From assembly GCA_973895155.1 (NCBI GenBank), contig OZ316892.1:17722357-17786356 (forward strand): 64,000 nucleotides of DNA, given 5' to 3'. A program made the translations under genes and the position numbers. Position 1 is the first letter of the stretch. Each line of letters opens with the position of its first letter. The notes below the pieces were generated by a model. The model did not search any database. It saw only the letters and a list, made by a program, of their open reading frames with translations, and was not told the origin of the DNA. Source of the stretch: Marsupella aquatica (lineage: Eukaryota > Plantae > Marchantiophyta). Shown in pieces: positions 32,809-44,503 of the stretch.

Positions 32809-35339
32809 CCTTATTTGTCACCTTGCTTCGGGCCTTGCTTTGATCTCCTTACTGTCTCTGACACAAAGACATCAAGGCTGGAATAAAAGCGGAGTAAGGT
32901 GTGATGCATGGTGGGTCCTTGCTCTCGTTTGACCGAATAAAGTCTCTCCACAAGCTTAAAACAATAAAACTACTGCATCTGATTGTAAGCGAAGAGAATG
33001 TTAGTCAAGGGACATGGGCCCAGCATGAGCAAAGCCTGCGTCAGAAGGATACGCAAGGTAGAATATATCCGAAAGGGGAATAATCTAGAGGATGAGACAA
33101 ATGAGTGTTTATCTAGAGATACAAATGTTGGTCATAGAATTGTGCTCGTAATCCGTGATTCCGTGCAACGGGATAGCTGGCAAGCGAATCTCCCCAACCC
33201 TTCAAAAGCTGATATTATACTACACTGGGCCGTTGTGATAATATACCGTCCTCATTAATTAAGGATGTAAGTTTCGTGGGCACCTCGAATACTTTCCAGT
33301 CTTCAATTCTTTCCATTTACCAATGCCAATAGGAAAATGTAATTCATATGTCAAGGCTCATACGTTTGTTCTCGATCCCATGCGCGGTAGGCTGACAGGG
33401 TTCTGGTTAAGGCCTTGAGTTTGTGCTCTTTTGATAGTAAGGAACATTCGATCACCTTCATCAACACAACACAATGGAGAATAGTGAACAGCAGCACGTA
33501 GTCCACAGAGGAGGAGACCTTCAGGAGAAAACCACAATCAAGAGAATTTGCAATAGTTGCCCGTGTGGTTGTTAGGGTTTAACAGGCTTCAGATATTTTC
33601 AAACAGTCCCTCATCTACCTGTGAAATTGTTTCGAACCGAAGTGTACAGTGATTGTAGGGGAGACATCAAAATGTTTGTCATGAACCAGATGCATGTCAA
33701 GACGTTTAACCTTGCCATGCCAAGATCTCTCGACCGTTTTTTGGAATCTGTGAGACATGCATGCATCCCTGGTACACGCGCTAGTCCAACTTGTAGGGTG
33801 TCTACTGCCAACCGAATTCCCGTCTAAAGTACGTAGATCTCCAATAAAATAATAGTGGTCCGTAGTCAGACTCTTTGCCCGCAAAGCTCATTGAAGACCC
33901 TGGTCCTTCATGAGCAGGCACTCGAAGTAGACCATGCAAAAGACGTACTGTCTTTTCAAGGGGGTAATGTATTCTACGGAAGCTCTGCACGTTGTGAGAA
34001 ACGCATACACAAATTGTTGTTTGTAAGCAAGTCCAACCAGTAAAGAAACTTGGTATTGAAGGTCAGATACTCCAAATTGCTAGCCTCCTAGTGTTCGAAA
34101 GATATGAAAATGGTGTGTGCACTCTTGTTGTTATGAGCGTATGATTATTACTTTGTGATTTCATGTGACGACAGGGAAATAGTGGGCAGGTACTACATGG
34201 AATGCAACTGAAGCATGATCGATGACCCTGTAACATAAACGGCGATTTCTGGTTCTCACAAGCATCTTGAAAGCAAAATCTCTGCAGTGCTTCTGTATCA
34301 GCTAATAATGTCTCAGTTACTGTTCCTACCCTATATGTTGTTGTCAGTAATGAGCATGACGATCAACAAAGATAAATTAATTTGTATGTGGAGTGATATG
34401 CAGTCTTCACGAGCATGGAGAAGATGGACAGTCCCAAGAATCAGAAGATGGGCAGTCTAGTGTGAAGAATCAGCTGGCATAGATTCTCGAACCATATATA
34501 TATTTCCTCGAGTAGGGTGGCAGAGAATATATTGGAGAACTCGGAAGGTCTCTGAGTCAAGGAGGGTATTTTCTGAAAATTCCAAAAATCACCGGAGGCC
34601 ATTCTAGCTCGCGCGTGGATTTGTACACATGGCAGCCTGGATGATTTGGAGAGTTATATCAAATAATTTGCAAGTCGCAGGGATTGAAGGCAACGATAGA
34701 CAATATGCAAAGCTTGGGGCATTCAATCATTTGTGGGAGAACGTCAGGATTTATAAGTAAAAAGGAGCACAAACGTGCAGCAGATCTCTGGAGATCCTCA
34801 ATTTTGGCTTTCAGGAGTCGATACAAGAAGGCCAGCAAGCTGCCTGCCTACTCATTCATTAATCAATTAATTCTGTACTCTTTCAGAATATTGTTGATTG
34901 AGTGTGAGATCACAAGAGCAGCCCTAGTTGTAGACCAGCTGGTCACAGCGTTAGATAGGTGTACATTCGCGGTGGATTCTGTTCATTAGCAAGCAAAACG
35001 CAGGGGAAAAGGGCTCACAAGCCAGTACATAACCTTCGCAGACTGAAGTTAAGAGAAAGCCCAAGAGAAAGAAAAGATCCACTTGGGCAAGGGTAGTGGA
35101 AGAAAAATTGTGAGAGCAGACATTGGCAGCCTTTGAGCTTCTGGAAGGGGAAAAATTCCATAGCGAAGATTCTGTAGTGAAATCCTGACATAAGGAGAAG
35201 ATAAGACGGGCAGCTCTTGATACCTTTACAGAAAATTTCTGTAAATAAAATGTTTCAGGTTGCTCTAAAACGGAGAAAATGATGCCCCAATGGACCACAA
35301 CATGAAACCATGCAACTTGGATGGACCTGGCCACCTCCT

Positions 35340-35722
35340 TTTCAGACCCAAAAGTATGACCATTTATACAAAAGAAAGATAGCGTTAGAGTTCAAAGCAA
35401 CATTTGAAAGACTGATCTGTCTGAGTTGTAGTCGTCCATCCTAGTTGTTTGTCAAATGTGTGGCACATCCAAGTTTTTCTCTGAAAAGGAACAGATTTTT
35501 GGGAGCTTTAGTACCTTATCTATCCTGTAGGATATCGATCTCAAGGTCTGAAGAGAACATTTAATCTATGGTGGCCAGGCTAGCAGAATAAGACCAGCTC
35601 GTTTTTAGACCCAAAAGTATGACCATTTATACAAAGAAAGATATGAATGAGTTCAAAAGCAACATTTGAAAGACTGATCTGTCTTGAGTTGTAGTGGTCC
35701 ATCCTAGTTGTTTGTCAAATGT
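35340..35722 (+). repeat. ~120-bp dispersed direct repeat pair
   Basis: AGACCCAAAAGTATGACCATTTATACAAA...CATTTGAAAGACTGATCTGTC...CATCCTAGTTGTTTGTCAAATG at ~35344 and ~35607. Confidence 0.8.
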
Positions 35723-36946
35723 TCACGGCCAGGCAGGCAGAATAAGACCAAAAGGCACTGGGCTGAAATCTATGCCATCGAAATTGTCAGGGATAATTAT
35801 GGGCTAGAGGAGAAAACTTTATTCAGCTGCCCGTAATAATACTTGAGCAATTCACAAAAGTATTAGGCAAGAAATTCCAGATAGCAACATCACCAAAGAA
35901 CGACCTTATGCTTTGTCACACAAAATATGCCCCTTTTGCAGTAGAAAGTCAGACCCAAAGTAAATAACTTTATAACAATTAGCCTAAGATTGACTCAGAA
36001 GCTAACTGTTGCTTGTGTACATACTAAGTAGCATTGTTCTCCTCATCAAGTACCTGACTATAGTTAGACTAACTACAGCCAGGTACAAAGTAACACTAGG
36101 TCACCGAAATAAATGTCTAATTACCACAAGTAAATAGGGACACTTTATTCATTATGAGGAAGTAATTAGAAGTAGCAAGGAAGTAAGTAAAGCCAGATTG
36201 AGGTAGAAATTCAAAAGGTGCCACGTGTGATCACATGATTTGACATGCATTTGCCAACTGGCAACACCTTAGTATTGATACTCCTTTTTTACCTCCACTT
36301 CCTTTGAAAGGGTGGCTTTATAGGTACAATTGCACATGTACTGGAAAAACTTCATAAGGGAAACTCCCCAAACATACAGTGACATGCAACTAGGCCTTGA
36401 ATTCAGTATAATTTTGATATAAATTTATAAATTAAGGTGACTGTTGAAGGGGAAAGAACATATTGATTGCCACTTGTAAGTACCAGGTGTTTGGTCTACA
36501 AAATAATGCAATAATTATGCATATCATAATACCCATTGAACCCTTACTCTAGTTCAAGTACCTATATTTAAACTATCACCATCCGTTTCAAGATAGTCTT
36601 GATATCACAGTGAAAAGAAGTTTGAGATGCTAAGAGGAAAGGAAGAGATCCATCACCAAAGCTTAGTTGGGCCTATCTCCTGATTGTTCATGAGAATTCT
36701 CAAGCCAGGGCCAAATTACCTGCAATGCTTTTGGCTGATAATCACCCTAAAAAATAAGAAAAAGAAATTGGAAATTAAATGTTGCCCTATCCTTTTGGAA
36801 TTATTCAAGGCTTTACTTAGTCAAACAAGGTCTCCACCTTGTAAGCCCCTAAACATGCTGGATGCTTAATATGGTACAAGATACTTTCTGGGGGGCATTT
36901 TTTGTGGAGAATTTTAGGCTTAAAAAAATTAAGCACTTTTATGGCT

Positions 36947-37721
36947 CCACCTCCCGCGTGCGGTGGGAGGTGGTACTCGAGTTACCTGGTCCTCTATCAC
37001 AGCGGTTACGGGTGGATCTTACCATGGTCCGTGAGGGTCAACGTACTTTGGCAGATGTAGTGGTGGCAAACCCATTGCACCAAGACATCATTGGGACAGC
37101 GGCAACAATGGCAGGGGCAGCAGCGTCACGTGCGGCAACAACAAAGGAGGCCAAATATGCTGCACAAAATTCATCCGACAGCTTCCTCCCCCTTGCTCTA
37201 GAGATATTCGGGCGTCTTCATCCTCAGTTTGATGGGCTTCTTCAGCAAGCTGCCGGGATGTTCATATATGGCCGAATGGGTCCCACCGGACCCCCGCTAT
37301 CTGTTTTGACCACGCACTTTTGCCAACGCATTTCAGTCACCTTACAAGCTCGGGCCATCTATCGTCGATCTCTTACAGTGGGTGCTAGTGTGCCCCCGCA
37401 GCGGCTAGCTCCCCTAGAGGATGTTCCAATCCCATTGGCTGATCTAGTTTCGACACTTGATGTGGACCATTAATTAGCTTTTTGCCACATTTGCTAGGAA
37501 TGATGAGGACCTCGGTCCGTTTGGATTAGTTTTAATTCCTCTTTCTTGGTTTTAGGGGTTCCTTATTGCTCATTTCTTACTTTTAGTTCCTCTTTCTTGG
37601 TGTTTAGGGGTTCTCTTTTTGCTCACTTCTTTTACGTTTGGTTTTGTTCACTTGGACCCTCTTTTGTTTGTTCTTTTGTACTCTGTTTGATCCCTTTATG
37701 TAAAAAGTGTGTATATATTTA
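36947..37721 (+). mobile_element. 5'-truncated copy of the CRE-like RLE LINE (endonuclease C-terminus plus 3' UTR)
   Basis: Highly similar to 53327-54260 (EVVLELPGP..RVDLTMV..DVVVANP..KEAKY..FLPLALE..DVDH*). Candidate TSD TTATGGCT at 36939-36946 and 37722-37729. Confidence 0.9.
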
Positions 37722-39499
37722 TTATGGCTAGTGTTTCACTTTTTAATTTTGGAACTCTATGCTCACGTTTGAGCTGCCTCTTCTTTCAAGAGCACGTCCA
37801 TTTCAGATCTCAATCAATTGGTCAGAATGTGGTGCAAGTGATTCAAGTGAAGGTCTTGTGGCTTAAATTGGTGTACTGTTTTTGCTAATTAAGTCAGTGT
37901 ACCATCCTTCCTTAATTCAAATTGATTTTATATTATAAAACAATTCTATACATACCCTAATTACTATAAAAGCGATATGAAGCAAATAATACAAGTCTCT
38001 ATTTTTGTATTGTAAGCACCTTATTTTACTTTCTTGATCCAAGAATATTTCAATTCTAAAAGGATAAAAAAATCCACAAAAATTAGGGCATTTAATCCAT
38101 AAAAACATCATCGATGATGTTAGGGGGTTTCTGAAGGGTTAGTTGCAGATGACCTCCCCGGTGATGGTCAGCCTAGCAGCAATTGACACCATGCAGAAGC
38201 CTGCAGTTGACTCAGGATATATTGTGAGTGGCCTCAAGGTCGGCGGCCATGGCTAGGGTTAAAGTTAGCAGTGGTGTAGAATTTTGGAGCACATTTTAGG
38301 TAGAGTGGGTCACATGCATCATGTAAGTGTTCTTCAAACACATACAATAGTTTTAAATATATATACGAGTCCAAATATCCATGTGTATGCACTGGAAGGG
38401 CTCCTTGAGCCCAACCTCCCATGCTTGTTCCTACTCACAAGCATAGTCAATAATATCAAGAAAATTATGTCATCCACAAAGATTATAGCCTTCAGCTGTT
38501 TTCCACAGAGTAGTTGTGAAGGGTAGATCTTGATCACTAATTATAGTGTAGACTACCGGTAGCCTCATTACCTCTTCCTTGAAGGGAACGAGAGATGATG
38601 AGCAAAGAGTGCCTTGTAGAACAAACATTCTTGGTTATTTGTAGTTCATCTCTCCCCCTCCATGCTTTTCTGTCTGCACCCACTTTTGTGCCTTTAATTA
38701 GAATGGTTGTTTCCCATTCATATCCCCCCCCTCTGTCTGCACTCCACTTTCATTTATGTGTGAATTAGAGAGTCATCTGCACTCTAGTTCCCATTCATGC
38801 CTGAGTTAGAGTGTCTGGACCTGAGTTAGAGAGTCATGGTCCAGACACTTCACTCTAGCCAATATGCCTGAAATTATGTAACTTTCAATTACTAGTAAGA
38901 TGTAGAGGACAATCCACAGAAATTTGCATTCACATGATGCTTTCAGTAAAGTATACTGAGACAGTGAGACAGGATATTACTAAGCCTTCTACTTCAAGGA
39001 TCTCAAGCACTCACTCATTGTGGTACTACGGAACATTCCAGCCAATCATACCCCCCTCAAATCAATCTTCCAAAGGCCACGAATTCTAAAACGATTGATT
39101 ATTCTTGCACGCAAGTGTATCTTTCATCTCAAGATTTTACAAAACCCCAGAAAATTGGCACCTTTTCAGACCGTTATTACACCACAACACATGAAGCAGA
39201 GCCACAGTGAGTACAGTCGAGGTTGTTGTTATAACCCGCCCTCAAATCACACCTGCTTTCTCTCCTCCTTCCAGACAAGCAAGCAAACTCCATCCATTTT
39301 CCCGATTACGACGTTTCTGGTGGAAAAACGAGAGCCGTGCATCTCTGTACTAAACGGCCGAGATCGAAGCCCGCTGCCAGCATCTTCGCTTCTGCGCTCT
39401 AATTATTCTCACGGATTATGTGGAAAAAGCAGAGGCGGCGATTATTTCGTGCTCTGATGCTCATGATGATGGTGATGATGATCATGGACTCTCCTCTGA

Positions 39500-39760
39500 T
39501 CCGATCCCGGTCCCGGTCCCGGGCAGGTGGGTAACGGGCCGGGGGCGCTGGAGAGGGGCGGCGGGCTGCCGGGCCTGCGAGAGAGAGAGGCGGAACGGGC
39601 ACGGGCACGGGCATGGCGGTCAGGGAGGGGCGGCGGCTCGGCTCGGCAGGGCAGGGCAGGGCGGGACGGTGAGCACGACAAGCGAGAGAAAGAAGGGAAA
39701 GAGGGGGGCGGGCAGGAGGGCAGGGGAGAAAGAGAGGGAGATCGCGCAGCTTTATAATAC
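39500..39760 (+). promoter_or_regulatory. GC/G-rich island with TATA-like box, probable promoter of the NAC gene
   Basis: CpG-rich G-run tract (GGGCAGGGCAGGGCGGG, GGGCACGGGCACGGGC) followed by CTTTATAATA at ~39750. About 1.7 kb upstream of the NAC ATG. Confidence 0.45.
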
Positions 39761-41499
39761 TGTGCAGCTCGAGCACTATGCTCATCAGATTATCAGACCG
39801 TCGTCGATCCGAGTTGCTGCTCTGGCGCGCGCACGAGCGATTCAATTCGTTGCACACTCATCTGCGAAATTGACCAACAGAGCGTCTGACTCAACACTCT
39901 GGTTGGGCTCCATCGGTCCGGGCCAGCTAATTTTGGTGCGGGCATGCGTGGCTAGCTCGATCCTGCTGTGCTGTGTCGGCTGGATATGACCTGGTGATCT
40001 CTGCTACCTGGCTGGCGATCTTGTGCCCTTTTGTGATCGAATTGGCTACAGTGGGGTTGTGGTACTTTGTTAAATGATCGAGTGTGTGGGAGGACTGCGA
40101 AGGAATTCGGAACAAATTTGACGAAATTGAGAAGGGAGGGTACTGGTTTGATTGATTGATTGATCGATTGTTCAAGCAGTTGGCGAACACATCCCTCAGA
40201 CTGCACTGCAGCTGCGTAATTTGAGGTGAGGAGTGCAGCCGAATTCGGAGCAAGCTTGCATGGAGGCTCAAGAGGTCTGGAGCTGAAGCTGCGTGGAATC
40301 TGATCGAACGTGTTTGACTCTGGTCGGGAGACCGTGTGCTAATGGTGGAGCAAGTTAGAGGTCGGCGGAAGATTGTGGTGGAAGACGCTAGCCCTCGTGA
40401 GGGTCTAATTGGTGATCGAAGTCGATTACGTACGAGGGGGAACGATTACCCGGGCCAATGGTCACTACCTTCTTGTTTCTTTTGCTCTCTCGGTTCTACT
40501 CTACATGTGGTGGACAGTTCACTCCGCCAGCTCTCTCGATAAGATTGTGTTCCGGTTGCCAGGACCATCCGTTGTAGTCTAGGGAGCGTTCTTTGCAACC
40601 GCTGTCGATCTGATCGAGCACACCCCGTGTATCGATGAGTGCATCTTGCGAACCAGTATGTTTATCTTGAATATTCGGAGTGGCTCTGAGTTCTGGCTGT
40701 AGCATCGGCTATCACGGAGGTTCTTCGTCGGACCTCCGCTGCGCGCGTTCTGAAGCTGGAGGTTGCATGCGTATCAACAGTGTCAGACAAATCTATAGTA
40801 CTGAAATTGCTGTGCAATTCCCTGGAAATCGATACATGATCTACTTGCAACCCCGTCGTCGTTGAACAACAGAATTACCATTGAAACGTGAAGGTTGTTC
40901 CGTCACAGGTACCCACTCAGTCACTGTATCGATTGGACTCCAGTGAATATCTTCAATCCACATCTGACCAGATTTGTTTGATAACACAATCACATACAGA
41001 TCATCCCTCGTCACATTTGTATATATAGGAGAATATTTCGTGTGTATTATTGACGAAATCCTACCCATTCAAGCATTATTTAGCACAGGGAAGAAGATCC
41101 CTTTATTATATGTTGAGTGTGTGAAAAAGTTGCAATTCCCAATTCGTACTGCCAGGGAATGATCTCATTTTACAATCTCAAAGGAGAGCGATTCATATTT
41201 ATATCTTGTGTGAAATTTCACGGATTCACATCATATATATAGACATAGCTTGGTGCCATTGAAGAGGAGCCTTAGTATAGCGTTATATAGAAAAGTACAT
41301 ACAAAGGTTTGCAGCAGAAATCCAAAAACAAGCTCCAAACTATTCTAGTTTCCGTTTTCATATAGACAAAATTGAGTGGAACAAGGGTGGGATATCTGGG
41401 AGGATCGCCGTACATTCTGCGTGGGGTGCAGTAGGAAAGAAAGTGATTTTATTCAGGGGATTGAACGAAGTTGTTCGAGGAACGTCCGCCTCAATTCCA

Positions 41500-44400
41500 A
41501 TGGTGATGCCACAGAAAGGACCGGCTGCGCAGCTACAATTGCCTCCTGGCTTCAGGTTTCATCCGACAGATGAGGAGTTGGTGTTGTACTATTTGTGTCC
41601 GAAGGCGGAGTCGCGGCCCTTCTCCTTGCCCGTGATCGCGGACATCGATCTTTACAAATTCGATCCTTGGGATCTGCCTGGTATGCCCACTAGCCTCTGA
41701 TTCCTCATTTTGTACAATTTCATGATGGATTTAATTCTTGACGGAACTGTTCTCGAGGTTCAAGGGACTTTGTAGACCAATATGACCGTCATTAAGCTCG
41801 GTTTTCCATGTGCACCCGGCGTGCATGGACTTTCGACCCAGTACGTGCACCACGCCTTAGAAAAAGTTGACAGTCCACGACCCTAAGGCTCTCAAGTTCC
41901 ATGCATGTAATTGTGTGGGTATCCATCCTAATTAATTATGCACTAGCTGTGTCCAGTACAAAGTGAATTTCAGAGATCTGTGGCGGTCACTCTGGAATTT
42001 TTGGTTCTCTAGTTGACGATGTCAGAATGGATGGAGTTCAACCCAGCGGTAAGGAAATCTCGAAGCTCGTGTTGTAGCATCTGTATACGGCGAAGCACTG
42101 GCTCGGGAGGTCCATAATATGTTGAACTGAATTTCAGTAGTTAGTTTCCTTGTGTCTTAATTAATGAGCTCTTCAATCACGGCGACTGCTGAGGTTTGTG
42201 GTCGGGACCCGAGAGTTTGTATGGAGCATGTAATCCGAGTATGATTAATTCTCTATGGTCACAAAAAATTATAGTCCTAGCCCGATCGAACCGAGACCAC
42301 CACTCTGAACAATCTAGTGTCTTGTCTGAACAATCACTGACCTGCTCTAGGGCAAGGGAGTGAGAGGACCAGAGAATTATCTGATGGATTCACGTGACTC
42401 CAGTTGTATCCAAATTGAACGCACATGTACTCACCCTGACTGTTATGTTCCTGTGCAGAAAAAGCGATCTTTGGGGAGAGAGAATGGTACTTTTTCAGCC
42501 CTCGCGATCGCAAGTACCCCAATGGTGCTCGACCCAACAGAGCGGCGGCATCAGGGTACTGGAAGGCGACAGGGACAGATAAACCTATCCACGGGATCGG
42601 GGGAGCGCAGAAGATTGGCGTTAAGAAAGCTCTGGTCTTCTACAAGGGCCGCGCCCCAAAGGGTATCAAGACCAACTGGATTATGCACGAGTACCGCTTG
42701 GCAGACAGCGGAATTTCACCTACCCATCATATTCATCGCAAGGGCTCGCTCAGGGTACGTGTCCCTTTCCCTTTCTCTTTCTCGTTCTCTCTCGCTCTCT
42801 CTCGCTCTCTCTCCTCAATTCTGGGCTTTTACGTCAGACGTCAAGGTCACGAGCAGCAGCTGAGTAAAGGCTGTGGTCCACCACCCGTCCGGAGTTGTTA
42901 CTAGTGACAGATTCTCGCATCAGCGCAGCCTCTGCAGTTGCCACATCACCCCAACCTGTACTCTAATCCCTTTGCATTCGTCACTTGGGCATAGTCAATG
43001 GTTATCACATTAGTCGTGGAGGTCCGTAAAGACGTCACATGCATCACCTTTTCCACCGAGTAGTGTCCAAAAACATTTCGAGAATGACAAAGCTTTACAT
43101 TTTCGCTCGAAAATGGATTCGATTTTTCCTCTTCGTTACTGTTGCAACATTGACAGTACGTGGGTTACTGTTGCAACCAAGTCTGGATCTTTGGTTCTCG
43201 TCTGCAAGGTCGATTCCTTAATAGGTCAAGAGGATACACTCTGAATTTCGGAAACATTGACGTAGGTTTAATTTCATCCTATACTTTTTCGAGACGTCGA
43301 GTCTGTAGACGTTCTCCTCACACCCGGAGTGTAGTAAATTACAGAGTCTACTGTCATGTTCTTGATTTAAATATTCGAATCGGTTCGATATCACGCTGGA
43401 TGCTGATCGAGAACCGAGTGTTAGCTCTGTGATAGTCTGCATGCTGAGATATCTTCCGGCTCTCACGGGAATGAATTTGGAGTGGACACCTATTGCATCA
43501 TTCTACAAGGCCACTTAATTTGCACCGTGTATGCTCCAAAGGCTCAGATGCCGGTACACATTTTTGGTGTGTGTGAATCTCCAAAGAATTGTTCTGATAG
43601 TTGGTTGTTTTGTTATTGGCTGAGCAGCTGGATGACTGGGTCCTCTGTCGGATATACAAGAAAAGCACCAATGCGCAGAGGGCAGGCAAAGAGCGGGACA
43701 ACTCATCCTGCGTTGAGGAAGTCCTTGCATCTCTGCCTGAAATCGATCATCCGAAAATACTGCTCCCGAGGTTGGGCTCCTTCAGTGGGCTGATGGAGCA
43801 GGACCTTCACAACATCGGCTCCCCGCCGCTCTTGGACAGCTTTCTCACTGGAGAGGCATCTGAGAACGGAGGGAGCCCAAGCGCAAGTCCTGTGGATCAA
43901 GTTGACTCGTCTTCGGTCGTCGACCGATGCCAGAGTTCTGGTCCTCGGACCACCATGAGCCCGAAGATTGAGAATGGGAACAGCGGCGTGGTGAGCTCTA
44001 CTGATCACATCATCACCGCCAACAACGAGATTGGCTCCTGGAAACTCACTGCGTCTGACCAATTCATGCAGCGTGTGAACTCCGAGCTTCTCTTGGGAAG
44101 CACGGGGGCGTTTCGACAGCACGGTCCTCCCGACCTCCGTGACATTGAGGACGAGGCACAGAGCTCCTTCCGCTCTCCGAGCCAGCACTCTGTCTACGGA
44201 TCCGGCTCATCCCACCGACAGCAGCACCTGCATAATTCAAGTATCACATTTTCATCCAATTACGAGCAACCTCAGCAGAGGACCACTAACAACATCCACC
44301 ATCATCACGGACTTGCAGGATTTCCCATGCAGTCGGACGGGCATGTCTTATCGGCGATCATGGGGCAATCCGGGAGCGCGAGCAATCTCTCCTTCTACCA

Positions 44401-44503
44401 GGGGGGGAACCACAGCGCCCAGCAACGGTCTTCCGTGTCACCATTCTTCGACTTTTCCCTCGCACACGACATGCAGAGCGGGTCAGGCCAACGAGGGAGG
44501 TAG
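41500..44503 (+). CDS. NAC-domain transcription factor, NAP/ATAF-like, ~450 aa, 3 coding exons
   Basis: Exons 41500-41680 ([25 protein letters not shown]), 42459-42754 ([58 protein letters not shown]) and 43628-44503 ([12 protein letters not shown] + S/Q/H-rich tail). GT-AG introns, frame-consistent. Confidence 0.96.

Noticed and set aside
39399-39989. Overlapping 150-190-aa ORFs in the GC-rich island
   Set aside because: Low-complexity G/R/P translations expected from stop-poor GC-rich promoter DNA.
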